Shown piece by piece: positions 28,705 to 39,103 of a DNA stretch of 64,000 nt. The position numbers and the translations under genes were made by a program. The notes beneath the pieces were generated by a model. It was not told the DNA's origin and made no database searches. It was given only the letters and a program-made list of their open reading frames with translations. Source of the stretch: Victivallales bacterium (lineage in GTDB: Bacteria; Verrucomicrobiota; Lentisphaeria; Victivallales; UBA1829); assembly GCA_045612485.1 (NCBI GenBank), contig JAZKZE010000030.1, forward strand, positions 2,386 to 66,385. The letters are read 5' to 3'. Within the stretch, counting starts at the first letter, position 1. Each line of letters opens with the position of its first letter.

Positions 28705-31635
28705 ATGAAAAAAACATTATTTCTGCTGTTGTCCTGCCTGCTTGGCTGTATGAGCCTTGCATCCGCAGAGAAAGTCATACTTTCTGAAAAAGGAAAAACC
28801 TCATTTTCCATCGTCATCCCTGCAAATGCTTCCCCCGCCCACAAACGGGCTGCGGAAGAATTGGCAAAATATACGGCAAAGATCTCCAATGCCCCTGTGG
28901 CAAAAATCGGGACTGCTCCGGTAAAGGGCCTTCTGCCCGTTTATCTGGAAATCTCCAAAGAGAAACTTCCCATGATCGACGCCTACCGGTTGAATGTAAG
29001 CAAAAATGCTGTACGCATCTCCGGTCAGACCGCCCAGGCTCTTCTCCATGGTGTGTACCGTCTCCTTTTCAAATATGCCAATATGAGATGGCTTGTTCCC
29101 GGGGAAGATGGGGAATATTTTGTTCCCGGAACGAAAATAGCTATTCCCGTTCAGAATAAAGTGGATTCCCCCGCATTCTTCCGCAGGGGGCTGGAACTCA
29201 ACTGCGCCAATACTTCCGGGATCATGAAAGATACCTGGGACTGGATTTTGCGTAACAACTATACTCTTGGCTATTATGACGGTGCCGTATATGCCGATAA
29301 AAAATGGAAACCCGAACTGGGGATCGCTTTGAGAGAAAGAGGCAGTTATGTCCGGGAAAGTAAAATGTTCTGCGGCATACTCACCGGTACAAGGATCCGG
29401 AAAGGTGCCGGAACGGAAAAAAAGGAACTGGACAAACTTTTTGTCACCAATAAGGACTTTTTCCCCCTTGTGGAAGGAAAACGCATTTATATGAAAGGGC
29501 ATGAACAGCCCTGTACCAGCAATCCCGGCGTGATCAGAATGATGAGTGAACACGTCCTTATGCATGCCCGTACTCTTTCCGGAAAAGGACAGGCTTCTTT
29601 TGCTGTCATCAATCAGGACGGTACCACATGGTGCAAATGTCCTTCCTGCCTTGCCATCGATCCTGCAAGCGAAAAGAAAAACAACTATATGTCCACAAGA
29701 TACTGGACACTTCTCAATCACATTTTCAAAGGCGTTCTGGAAAAATATCCGGATGTGATCCCCTACGGGCTTGCCTATCAGAACTTCCAGACCGTTCCCG
29801 ACGGCGTAAAGATCGATCCCCGCATCGGTGTGGGACTTTCCTTCAACCGCCGCTGCTTCCGTCACAATCTGGATGACCCCAAATGCCCCACCAATACGGA
29901 ATTTCTCAAATATTACACCGCATGGGGAAAACTGCCCAACAAGACCTATTCCCGTGAGGAACTCCATGCCGGTGTGGGCAGTTTTATGATGCCCTCCGCC
30001 CGTCAGATGGTGCAGGGATTCAAGATCTACAATAAAGTGGGGATCGACGGGGCTTCCATCTGTACCGTTCCCCCGGATGGCACTTACCGTCCTTTCTATA
30101 CCGATGTCGTAAAACAGGGCTGGTTCTGTGAATGGCAGACCCTGTATCTTGCAGGGCTTGCTCTGTGGGATCAGAGTGCGGATACAGATAAATATCTGGA
30201 AGAAGCCAACAGTCTCTACTACGGAAAAGGCTGGAAAGGCGGTATGAAAGAATTCCGTACCCTTCTAGACAAAGCCTGCCGGGAAGATTCCGGCTGTTAC
30301 GGCTGGGGACATGGTACACCTCCCGGAAGAGTCCTTGCCAAAGCCGGTTTACTGGAAAAATTGGAAAAATGCCTTACCGATGCGGAAAAGGCCGCCAAAG
30401 ACGATGCCAGAGCATTGGCGCATATCAAACGGGAAAAATATCTTTTCAATATCTCCCTTGTAGCCGCCGCCAAGGAATTTATGAGTTCCTATAAAGAACT
30501 CAAAGGTTTTACCGCTCCCGGTAAGATCAAAATCGACGGAAAAGCGGAAGATGCCTGGAAGAAAACTGAAACCTATTCCTCCTTCCGTAAATTTGCCCCC
30601 GGCAATATCGACAAGGAAAAAAGCTCCCTTGCCAAATATCAGACCTTTGTACGGGCTATGTACGACAAGGAAAATCTCTATCTCTTCATTGAGGCGATGG
30701 AGCCCGATCCCGGTACCGTTGTGATGAAGAAAAACAAAGGGGATGCTCCCTGGGGCGATGATGCTCTGGAAATTTTCCTCACCCATCCCAACTTCAACGG
30801 CGGATATTATCACTTCGCCTTTACAAGAAAAGGCGCATTGTATCAGGCAAAGACCACTCCCGGGAGCATGACTGCCGATGCTTCCATCAAGACCGATATA
30901 GAGATCGCCTCCCTTTCCATGCCGGACAGATGGTGTGCGGAAGTGCGTATCCCTGCCGGAAAGATCGGTCAGACCTTTGATGACGGTCACACCTGGCAGA
31001 TCAATATTGCCAGAGGCCGTAAAAATACCAAAGGAAATGAATTGAGCAGTCTTACCGGAAGTTTCCACGGTGCATATCTGCCCCTTTCTCTTGCCGGAAA
31101 AATGGTAAGCAGCAAGACCGGTAACAAGGATACCAGACTGTGGCAGAACGGTAATTTCAGTGACATATTTGTCAAACCCAATGACAAATGGGCGAAAAAC
31201 TGGAATCTGGGAAAGAAAAATTCTCTTGCCAGAGGCTGGGCATTGAATGTGGCATGGAAGGGAGGATCCACTTTCGAGATCCTCACCCACCCCGGCACCA
31301 ATGATAACTATGTACATCTGAAAAACGGGAATTTCTATCAGCGTCATGCCGGAAAGGATAAAGCACTTAAATATACCTTCCGGGCAAAAGGAAATGGACT
31401 TCTCACCATTATGGTATTCCGTTACCAGCGGGCAAAATGGCCCAAGCATATTGCTACAGAAAGTATTTTGAAGCTGAAACTTGACGGAAAAAGCCAGTGG
31501 AAGACTTATACCGGTACTTATGTAAAGAAAAATGCCGATGAACTCATCTCCTTTGTATTCTGGGCAGATAAGACCGGGGATTTCTATATAGATGATGTCT
31601 ATTGCTACGGTGCGGATGTGCCTGCAAAAAAATAA
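28705..31635 (+). CDS. Exported DUF4838-like protein with CBM9-like and NGxF beta-sandwich C-terminal domains
   Basis: Signal peptide, AAEELAKY, HGVYRLL, QPCTSNP, WCKCPSC, LAY, then KIDGK...W, YDKENLY, WCAEVRIP, WQNGNF. Confidence 0.8.
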   Translation: MKKTLFLLLSCLLGCMSLASAEKVILSEKGKTSFSIVIPANASPAHKRAAEELAKYTAKISNAPVAKIGTAPVKGLLPVYLEISKEKLPMIDAYRLNVSKNAVRISGQTAQALLHGVYRLLFKYANMRWLVPGEDGEYFVPGTKIAIPVQNKVDSPAFFRRGLELNCANTSGIMKDTWDWILRNNYTLGYYDGAVYADKKWKPELGIALRERGSYVRESKMFCGILTGTRIRKGAGTEKKELDKLFVTNKDFFPLVEGKRIYMKGHEQPCTSNPGVIRMMSEHVLMHARTLSGKGQASFAVINQDGTTWCKCPSCLAIDPASEKKNNYMSTRYWTLLNHIFKGVLEKYPDVIPYGLAYQNFQTVPDGVKIDPRIGVGLSFNRRCFRHNLDDPKCPTNTEFLKYYTAWGKLPNKTYSREELHAGVGSFMMPSARQMVQGFKIYNKVGIDGASICTVPPDGTYRPFYTDVVKQGWFCEWQTLYLAGLALWDQSADTDKYLEEANSLYYGKGWKGGMKEFRTLLDKACREDSGCYGWGHGTPPGRVLAKAGLLEKLEKCLTDAEKAAKDDARALAHIKREKYLFNISLVAAAKEFMSSYKELKGFTAPGKIKIDGKAEDAWKKTETYSSFRKFAPGNIDKEKSSLAKYQTFVRAMYDKENLYLFIEAMEPDPGTVVMKKNKGDAPWGDDALEIFLTHPNFNGGYYHFAFTRKGALYQAKTTPGSMTADASIKTDIEIASLSMPDRWCAEVRIPAGKIGQTFDDGHTWQINIARGRKNTKGNELSSLTGSFHGAYLPLSLAGKMVSSKTGNKDTRLWQNGNFSDIFVKPNDKWAKNWNLGKKNSLARGWALNVAWKGGSTFEILTHPGTNDNYVHLKNGNFYQRHAGKDKALKYTFRAKGNGLLTIMVFRYQRAKWPKHIATESILKLKLDGKSQWKTYTGTYVKKNADELISFVFWADKTGDFYIDDVYCYGADVPAKK

Positions 31636-31656
31636 CCGTTCCGGGGAAGAAAAAGA

Positions 31657-33021
31657 ATGGAAGAAAAAGCTGTGAAATTTCTTCATCTGGACTTGAAGGG
31701 GATCGTTCCCGGTATTGACCGTTTCCGGAAGTTTCTTCAATATTTTGCTTCTCTTGGTTTTGAGGGGATCGTGCTGGAATGTGACTGCCGCATCCCCTGG
31801 AAATGTTGGGAAGGTGCCGGGGAATACCGTTTCACAAAGGAAGAGATCGTTTCGCTTGCCGGCTGTGCGGAAAGTCTGGGAATGGAGATCATTCCCCTTA
31901 TCCAGGTACAGGGCCACATGGAATGGGTGCTGAAAGAGGAAAAGTACGCTTTTCTGCGGGAAAACGGTTTTTACAATGATCTGTGTCCCTCCCATCCGGA
32001 GGCAAAAAAAATCCTTACGGAATGGATCGATGAAACTGTTTCTCTCTTTCCCCGTGCGAAAAGGATCCATCTGGGCGGGGATGAGGCGTGGCATCTGGGA
32101 TGCTGTCCGGTATGTCAGGAAAAGATCTCTTCCGATCCCCTGAAACGGGGAAAGATGGGGCTTTTTGCCGACCACGCTTCCTTTCTTGCAAACTATGCAA
32201 AAGAAAAATATTCTTTGCAGGTGATGCTGTGGGATGATATGTTCTGCAAAGTGGAAGGGGAACTTCTTGACCATCTTCTGGCAGAATTTCCTTCTGATAC
32301 CATTTTTGTCCATTGGAAATATCTGGGGGATGTGAATGCGGAACTTTCCAAAATCTCTTCCGGGAACCGCAGGGTATGGGGGGCTTCCGCCATACGCTGC
32401 ACCTGGGCGAACCATTTTATCCACGCCCTGAATTTTGTGGGTGAGAGGATCGAAAATATAAAGAACTGGGAAAATACCGGATTACCCGTCCTGCATACCA
32501 CATGGGGCCGCCCCAATGACCTCTGGAATCCTTACGGTCCATGGGAAGCATTGATCCCGGAATTCATTGCTGCCGGAAAAGGTGTGGCGGTATGGGAAAA
32601 ACATCCCTGGAAGGCTTTTACTGTGCAGATGGATGAGGCAGTAAGGCGCGGGGACTATAAAATGCTGGAAGAGTGCCTTGCCGAAGGGGAAAAACTTCCC
32701 TGTGCCGATGAATGGGAAGAGGCGGGAAAAGCCTTTTTCCTTCTGGGACTGCGTTATGAGATCCTGCGTCTGGAGGCAAAAGGGCATCTGGAACTTGTAC
32801 GGATACGGGAGGTATTAAGTAGATATGGAAAGGGAGATCCTGCCGGTTGTGAAAAAGATTATGCCGCCTGCCGGGAAAAAGTGCGTCTGAAAATGGAAAA
32901 ATGGGAAAAAGATCTTGAAGAATTCTGGAAAAAGAATACTTTAAGCGATTTTGAAGAATACAGAGATCTGCGGAAGGCAGAATTTTTTGAAGAAGAACTT
33001 TTTGAAAGGAAAATGCAATAA
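31657..33021 (+). CDS. GH20-like beta-N-acetylhexosaminidase, no signal peptide
   Basis: HLDLKG, IIPLIQVQGH, LCPSHP, HLGGDE (catalytic DE), MLWDDM. Confidence 0.82.
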   Translation: MEEKAVKFLHLDLKGIVPGIDRFRKFLQYFASLGFEGIVLECDCRIPWKCWEGAGEYRFTKEEIVSLAGCAESLGMEIIPLIQVQGHMEWVLKEEKYAFLRENGFYNDLCPSHPEAKKILTEWIDETVSLFPRAKRIHLGGDEAWHLGCCPVCQEKISSDPLKRGKMGLFADHASFLANYAKEKYSLQVMLWDDMFCKVEGELLDHLLAEFPSDTIFVHWKYLGDVNAELSKISSGNRRVWGASAIRCTWANHFIHALNFVGERIENIKNWENTGLPVLHTTWGRPNDLWNPYGPWEALIPEFIAAGKGVAVWEKHPWKAFTVQMDEAVRRGDYKMLEECLAEGEKLPCADEWEEAGKAFFLLGLRYEILRLEAKGHLELVRIREVLSRYGKGDPAGCEKDYAACREKVRLKMEKWEKDLEEFWKKNTLSDFEEYRDLRKAEFFEEELFERKMQ

Positions 33022-34670
33022 TGGATCATTGGGGAAAAGTGCAGAACCTTGACGGGATATGGGATTTTGCTTTTACGGAAAAAGGCCTGGAGGAGCTGGA
33101 TGTAAAAAATATCCATTTTGATACGGCGTCCTCTGTACCGGGATGTTTTGATACTCTGCCGGAATATTATAATTTCCGGGGAAGCGGTGTTTACAGAAGA
33201 ACGGTTTTCTGCGGCGGACTTATCCGGCTTTCCTTCGGCGGAGTGACTCTGCGGGGTGCTGTTTACTTTGATGGTGTTCTCATCGGTAATCTGGAACACC
33301 CTCTCACTCCGGAAGAGATCGTTTTTGATGCCGGTGAGAGAAAGGAACATACTCTTGTTATTGCTGTGGAAAATATCTTCCATGAGGAAAATTCCTCTCT
33401 CTTTCACCAGTATTATGATTACTATGGATTTGGCGGTATCTGCCGGGAAGTTACTCTGGAGGAACTTCCTTCCTGCTATATGGAAAGAATTTCTGTTATC
33501 CCTCTTTCTTATGAAACAGGGGAAGTAAAAATTTCTGTATATTTCGGCGGAACTGTTCCTGCAAATGGGGAGATTTCCATACAGTTTGATACGGAGGAAA
33601 AGGAAAGCTCTTATTCTTTCAGCGGGGAGAAATTTGAACTTGTCAAGAAGGTTCCTTCCCATCAAGTCTGGTCTCCAAAATCTCCTGCCATGCATAAGGT
33701 GAACGTTGCCGTTTCCGGACAGAAAAAGGAGATTTCTTTCGGTATCCGTATTCTTTCCTGGAATGACCGGAAACTTTGTGTCAACGGGGAGGAACTCAAA
33801 CTTATCGGTTACAACCGGCATGACAGTCATCCCCAGTTCGGTTATGCTGTGCCCCTTACACTTTGTGCTTCCGACCTGCATCAGATCCAGAGTCAGGGGT
33901 GTAATTTCATCCGCGGATGCCACTATCCGCAAAGTGAGAAATTCCTTGAACTTTGCGACCGTATGGGGATACTTGTATGGGATGAAACTCTTGCATGGGG
34001 CAATAAGGAAGAACATCTTGCGGATCCTGTTTTCCGTAAGAAACAGAATGAATGTGCCCGCCTTATGGTGCGTGCAAGCATCAATCACCCCTCTGTCATC
34101 ATGTGGGGATTCCTCAACGAATGTGCCTCCGATACGGTTGCCGGGTATGAATTGATCTCCCAACTGCGGCAGACTATTCTTTCTGAAGATACTTCCCGCC
34201 CCATAACCTTTGCCTCCAGCAGAGGAACAAAGGAACTGTGTCTTGATCTGGTGGATATCGTTTCCTATAACTCTTACCCCGGGTGGTATCTGGGGATCAA
34301 TGAGGCAAGACCTTTCCATCTTGTTGCAAGTACATTTGATGAACTTCTCGCTTTTGCGGAAGAAAAGGGAAGCGGTAATAAGCCTTTCATCATAAGTGAA
34401 GTGGGAGCTGCCGCCATCATCGGGGAACGCAACGGGGAAAGATGGTCGGAAGATTACCAGTCGCAGCTTCTTGCGGAAGTATTGCGTTATACTCTGGAAA
34501 ATGACCGTGTTAACGGGCTTGCCATCTGGCAGTATTGCAACTCCCGTACCTATGCAGCCACAAGCGGGATCATTGTGAGACCCCATGCCATGAATAATAA
34601 GGGGGTGGTGGATGAATACCGCCGTCCGAAACTGGCTTATTACACCATTAAAAATATGCTGAAAAAATAA
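33021..34670 (+). CDS. GH2, beta-glucuronidase-like, no signal peptide
   Basis: LDGIWDF, DYYGFGGICR, GYNRHD, RGCHYPQ, NHPSVIMWGFLNE, ISEVG, NNKG (N-K motif), RPK. TAATG coupling to GH20. Confidence 0.87.
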   Translation: MDHWGKVQNLDGIWDFAFTEKGLEELDVKNIHFDTASSVPGCFDTLPEYYNFRGSGVYRRTVFCGGLIRLSFGGVTLRGAVYFDGVLIGNLEHPLTPEEIVFDAGERKEHTLVIAVENIFHEENSSLFHQYYDYYGFGGICREVTLEELPSCYMERISVIPLSYETGEVKISVYFGGTVPANGEISIQFDTEEKESSYSFSGEKFELVKKVPSHQVWSPKSPAMHKVNVAVSGQKKEISFGIRILSWNDRKLCVNGEELKLIGYNRHDSHPQFGYAVPLTLCASDLHQIQSQGCNFIRGCHYPQSEKFLELCDRMGILVWDETLAWGNKEEHLADPVFRKKQNECARLMVRASINHPSVIMWGFLNECASDTVAGYELISQLRQTILSEDTSRPITFASSRGTKELCLDLVDIVSYNSYPGWYLGINEARPFHLVASTFDELLAFAEEKGSGNKPFIISEVGAAAIIGERNGERWSEDYQSQLLAEVLRYTLENDRVNGLAIWQYCNSRTYAATSGIIVRPHAMNNKGVVDEYRRPKLAYYTIKNMLKK

Positions 34671-34687
34671 AAATTGCCGTTATACAC

Positions 34688-34737
34688 AAAACAGTCTGAA
34701 CCGGGAGAAGATACTCTCTGTTCAGACTGTTTTTTTT
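34688..34737. terminator. Bidirectional intrinsic terminator
   Basis: Perfect 14-bp stem AAAACAGTCTGAAC / GTTCAGACTGTTTT with a T run. Confidence 0.85.
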
Positions 34738-34772
34738 GTATCCGGATGTTACGGATCAGAAACGGAAAATCT

Positions 34773-36122
34773 TTACACTTTTTTTATGACAAGAGCCGCA
34801 ATAAAAAGCCAGATGACAAACATTACACAGCTTATGATCCATACCGGAAGCCAGCCCATGGTAAAAACAAGGGTAAGGGCGAATGCTGTCCAGAGTCCGC
34901 CGCCCATAATGGGTTCATGGATAAGCTGTTTGTAACCGAATGAAGCGGCAGCTTCTGTTTTGCTTTCCGGGTCAACGGTTCTCAAAAGCATAAGTCCGGT
35001 GGCAGTTACGCCGGTAGCCTGTCCGAATTCTGCGATGGCTTTTTCAAACCATGCTTTTTTCAGGAGTTTCGGACCGAGAAACATGATGGTGAACACACAG
35101 AAAATACTTCCTGCGATCACAAGAATGAGAAGGGGCAGGAAATTATTGGCAACAACTTTCAGCTGGATCGTTGCAACAGCGGAAACAACAAGAAAGTCCA
35201 GAGCTGTTCCGGAAAGACGCTGCATCTGTTCCTTGTTGACAAGATTCCCCAGTTTGACTTTGTTGAGAATGATTTGCAGAAAAACACCGCCGATCATGCA
35301 GAGGGGGAACAGGGGAAAGCCTTTGAAAATACGCATTTTCGCATCGGGGAAAAGAAAAATTTCAAGGTGCTGCAATCCTTTGAGAAGTCCGAATCCGGCA
35401 AGAATGGCAAGCCCGATAAGGGAGATATGGAATGCCAGAGAATCAATGGAGTCGCAGAATACGGTCTGCAAACCGGCGGGAGGCTGCTCCTGCAGTGTAT
35501 AGATCCCGATCCTTTCCATCTGTTTTCTTTCTTTGAACGTACGGATCTCTTTAACATGACCTTTCTTCAATGCCCAGTTCACAAGGATCATCCCGATGAC
35601 GATCCCTATGATCATCCCGCAGGTGGCAACGGTATAACCCAGAGCGATACCGTCTTCCCATTTGAAACTTTTAAATACGTCCGCAGTTCCCCCTACTGTC
35701 CCGTGTCCGCCCTGGAAACCGATTTCCAGCAGATTTCCGAATGCGGGATTCAGTTTGAAAAGAGGCAGAAACAGGAAGCCTGCCAGTCCGAGTCCCACCG
35801 TATATTGTCCCCAGGCAAGGAGCTGCCCCATGCAGATCTGCGGAAACGCTGTACGCAGGATCGTGGAAAGTTTCGGGGTAACCGCTCCCAGAAAAAGAGA
35901 GGCAAAGATAACATTTATGAGAAAACCGGGCAGAAGTTTGATACTGTTGATCCATTGCACCGGAATATATTTCTGGAAAACTGTGAAGATGAACAATCCC
36001 AGAAGTCCGCCGATAACGGAACTTGGCAGATAGAGTTTCTGGAAAAGCGGTATGGCACTGCGCAGAAGTTTTCCCAGTACCAGTAAAAGCGAAAGCAGAC
36101 AGAATACGATCACAGCAAGCAT
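34773..36122 (-). CDS. Sodium/glutamate symporter family protein (GltS-like)
   Basis: PSSVIGG, GFQGGHGT, FGQATGVTATGLMLLR. Multi-TM. Confidence 0.85.
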   Translation of the reverse strand: MLAVIVFCLLSLLLVLGKLLRSAIPLFQKLYLPSSVIGGLLGLFIFTVFQKYIPVQWINSIKLLPGFLINVIFASLFLGAVTPKLSTILRTAFPQICMGQLLAWGQYTVGLGLAGFLFLPLFKLNPAFGNLLEIGFQGGHGTVGGTADVFKSFKWEDGIALGYTVATCGMIIGIVIGMILVNWALKKGHVKEIRTFKERKQMERIGIYTLQEQPPAGLQTVFCDSIDSLAFHISLIGLAILAGFGLLKGLQHLEIFLFPDAKMRIFKGFPLFPLCMIGGVFLQIILNKVKLGNLVNKEQMQRLSGTALDFLVVSAVATIQLKVVANNFLPLLILVIAGSIFCVFTIMFLGPKLLKKAWFEKAIAEFGQATGVTATGLMLLRTVDPESKTEAAASFGYKQLIHEPIMGGGLWTAFALTLVFTMGWLPVWIISCVMFVIWLFIAALVIKKV

Positions 36123-36210
36123 AAAAAAATCCTTTTTTGAGTTATTGTCAGTCTGATTAATTTACCAGTAAATCGGAAAATTGCAAATTATTTTCTCTCT
36201 GTTGTGTAAT

Positions 36211-36250
36211 AAAAGAAATCCCCGGATGGAGATTTTTCTCTTCCGGGGAT
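36211..36250 (-). terminator. Intrinsic terminator after the flavodiiron gene
   Basis: ATCCCCGGA...TCCGGGGAT stem with an A-rich left flank. Confidence 0.6.
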
Positions 36251-36275
36251 GAAATAACTTTGGAAAAAGCTTTTC

Positions 36276-38066
36276 TTATACGATCTTTTCAAAGTCGCTT
36301 GCTCCATGTTTGCACAGGGGGCAGACATAGTCGGCGGGAAGTTCTTCCCCTTCATAGACATAACCGCAGATCTGGCAGACATATCCTTTTTTCCCTTCCG
36401 TTTCGGGAGCGGGTTTCACATTTTTCTGATAGTAGTTATAGGTCATGGTTTCCGTCTGGGAAAGGACTCTGGATTCGGTGATGCAGCAGATAAACATCAC
36501 ATGGCTGTCCAGATCCACTTCCTCTTCCACCTTGAGGGAGAGGAAACTGTTGATATAACTGGGCAGGAAAACAAGCCCGTTAGCGGAACGCAGTTTGGGG
36601 AAGTCTTTGAACTTATCCACGTTTCTGCCGCTGTGGAAACCGAATCTTTCAAAGATCTCGAAGGGAGCATCTGTGGAAAGGCAGTTGAGGTTCATGATCT
36701 TTGTTTTCTGGATCACATGGCAGGAGTAATTCTGTTTGTTCAATGTAACGGCAATACGGTTGGGGGTATTGGTCACCTGGGTGACGGCATTGACGATAAG
36801 GGCGTTATCCCTTGTGCCGTCATTGGAGGTGAGGGCATAAAGACCGTAGCCGATATTGAAGAGTGCTGTAAGATCGTTCTGCTGCCGGGAATCCCCTTTC
36901 TGGACAAGATAGGCACTGGAAAGTTCATCAGCAAGAGCGTCAAGCGTCTGACTGCTTTCTGCATTGAGGGCAGATTTGATGCTGACTGTATTCTGGGCAA
37001 AGGTGATATTTTTGCATTCTTCCAGCATCCCTTTCATCACTTTTGCTGCGAGAGGAGCCCAGGAACCGTTTTCAATAAGTCCTACTGTACGGTTCTGGAA
37101 ATTGCGTTCCACAAGACCGTGGATAAAGGTATGCATGAAGGGGAAAATATCCGCATTGTAGGTCGTTGTGGCAAGGACAACTTTTCCGTAACGGAAGGCT
37201 TCAGCGATTGCCTGCGCCATATCACATCTGGCAAGATCCCGTACAACAACTTTGGGACAGCCGTTGGAACGCAGTTTTTCCGCAAGGATCTCTACCGCCT
37301 TTTTGGTATTACCGTAAATGGAGGTATAGGCAATAAGGATGCCTTCACTTTCAATGGAGTAGGAACTCCAGGTGTTGTAAAGATCCAGATAGTAACCCAG
37401 ATTTTCTGTAAGGACAGGACCATGCAGCGGGCAGATGGTCTGAATATCCAGTCCGGAAGCCTTTTTCAGAAGGTTCTGCACCTGATTGCCGTATTTGCCT
37501 ACGATCCCGATGTAATAACGGCGGGCTTCATCCAGCCAGTCTTCTGTCACATCCAGCGCACCGAATTTACCGAACCCGTCGGCGGAGAAAAGAACTTTGG
37601 AAGTGGTATCGTATGTAACGATGACTTCAGGCCAGTGTACCATGGGGGCGGCGACAAAGGCGAGAACATGTTTACCCAGAGAGAAGGTATCGCCTTCGGC
37701 TACTGTAATACGGCGGTCGGCAAAATCTTTACCGAAAAAGTTCTGCATCATGGTAAAGGCTTTGGCGGAAGAAACGATTTTTGCTTCCGGATAAAGTTCC
37801 ATGAAATTGGCGATATTGGCGGCGTGATCCATTTCCATGTGCTGGATGATAAGAAAATCCACGTTTCTGCCGTTGAGGGCTTTTGTGATGTTATCCAGCC
37901 ACTGGTGAGTGTATTTTGCATCCACTGTATCCATGACGGCTACTTTCTCGTCAAGGATGACATAAGAGTTGTAACTCATTCCGTTGGGGACTTTGTACTG
38001 ACCTTCAAAAAGATCGGTGATGTGATCGTTCACTCCTACATAAAGAATATCTTCTCTGATCTGCAT
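36276..38066 (-). CDS. Flavodiiron protein (FprA family) with fused flavin reductase and rubredoxin-like domains
   Basis: HMEMDH, HWP, SADGFG, HGP, flavodoxin SIYGNT, GYGLYAL flavin-reductase domain, CQICGY...CPLC. GGAGG RBS before ATG 38066. Confidence 0.9.
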   Translation of the reverse strand: MQIREDILYVGVNDHITDLFEGQYKVPNGMSYNSYVILDEKVAVMDTVDAKYTHQWLDNITKALNGRNVDFLIIQHMEMDHAANIANFMELYPEAKIVSSAKAFTMMQNFFGKDFADRRITVAEGDTFSLGKHVLAFVAAPMVHWPEVIVTYDTTSKVLFSADGFGKFGALDVTEDWLDEARRYYIGIVGKYGNQVQNLLKKASGLDIQTICPLHGPVLTENLGYYLDLYNTWSSYSIESEGILIAYTSIYGNTKKAVEILAEKLRSNGCPKVVVRDLARCDMAQAIAEAFRYGKVVLATTTYNADIFPFMHTFIHGLVERNFQNRTVGLIENGSWAPLAAKVMKGMLEECKNITFAQNTVSIKSALNAESSQTLDALADELSSAYLVQKGDSRQQNDLTALFNIGYGLYALTSNDGTRDNALIVNAVTQVTNTPNRIAVTLNKQNYSCHVIQKTKIMNLNCLSTDAPFEIFERFGFHSGRNVDKFKDFPKLRSANGLVFLPSYINSFLSLKVEEEVDLDSHVMFICCITESRVLSQTETMTYNYYQKNVKPAPETEGKKGYVCQICGYVYEGEELPADYVCPLCKHGASDFEKIV

Positions 38067-38180
38067 AGATTCCTCCATTTTCTGTATAAAATTTTCTGTA
38101 CGGATCATGCTGTAATATAGCACAGAAAAAAGTTTCCTGCCAATCAAAAAACGTAATTTAAGAAAAAAATCGTATTTTTT

Positions 38181-38996
38181 TCAATCCAAAAGAACTTTTC
38201 CCCGGTCGGCACATTGTTTTCTGTAGGCAACCGGGGCAATTTTGAAGAAACTCTTGAACACCTTGGAAAAGTGGTACCGGTCGGAAAAAGCGGTTTTTTC
38301 CGCGATCTCCTTTATGGAAAGATCGGAATGAAGAAGCAGACTCAGGGCCTTTTCCATTCGGATGGATAAAAGATAATTTTTTGAGGTCATGCCGGTTTCT
38401 TTCTTGAAAAGTGCGTAATAGGTATTCAGGGATAAACCTGTCCGGCGGCAGATCTCCCTGCAGGAGTGACGGGAACCGGGTTCTGAACTCATAATATCAA
38501 TGGCACGTTTGATCCTGGGATCGAGAATGGTCTTTTCCCGGGGGAGAAAACGCTCTTTCGGAAAGGAGAGAAAACAACTGTAAATAATCATACGTAAGTG
38601 CAGGGATAAATTGGGTTCACTGCGGTCGGAACGCAAACTTTCTGCATGAAAGGCAATATTTCCCGCAGGAAGGGTAATAATACCCCGTTTCACATGGTCA
38701 AAAGGGGGCGGTGCGGAAAAATGAATGTAAAAATGGGGAAAGGGTTTTGTCATGGAACTGGTAAATGTAGTGTAGGGGGGAATGAGGATGACTGTATCCG
38801 GCGTGAGTGCTGTTATCCTGTCATCTTCTTTGAGAAACGCCCCTTCCTCCCTGTTCCAGTAAAGCCGCCAGGAGTGGGAATTGACATTTGTATATTTCCA
38901 GAAATCGATCCTTTCAATATAATCAAAACCGCTTATTCTGACATCAAAAATACTTTTCCCGCCTTCTGAATCCGGAAAAATTGTGTTTTTTGACAT
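38181..38996 (-). CDS. AraC family transcriptional regulator (alternative start 39017)
   Basis: WRLYWN, FYIHF, C-terminal LSIKEIAEKTAFSDRYHFSKVFK. Confidence 0.92.
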   Translation of the reverse strand: MSKNTIFPDSEGGKSIFDVRISGFDYIERIDFWKYTNVNSHSWRLYWNREEGAFLKEDDRITALTPDTVILIPPYTTFTSSMTKPFPHFYIHFSAPPPFDHVKRGIITLPAGNIAFHAESLRSDRSEPNLSLHLRMIIYSCFLSFPKERFLPREKTILDPRIKRAIDIMSSEPGSRHSCREICRRTGLSLNTYYALFKKETGMTSKNYLLSIRMEKALSLLLHSDLSIKEIAEKTAFSDRYHFSKVFKSFFKIAPVAYRKQCADRGKVLLD

Positions 38997-39103
38997 AATA
39001 ACACCACTTTTGTACATTTATTTTTTTGTGTTTCCGTGTATAGTAATATACATGGAAAAATCAAAAATCCAACCCCGCAACAAAAAAACAACAGGAGAAA
39101 AAG

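Noticed and set aside
28801..34586. 388-, 691- and 575-aa minus-strand ORFs
   Set aside because: Shadows of the DUF4838, GH20 and GH2 genes, which carry the recognisable motifs.
36306..38120. 604-aa plus-strand ORF
   Set aside because: Shadow of the flavodiiron gene.
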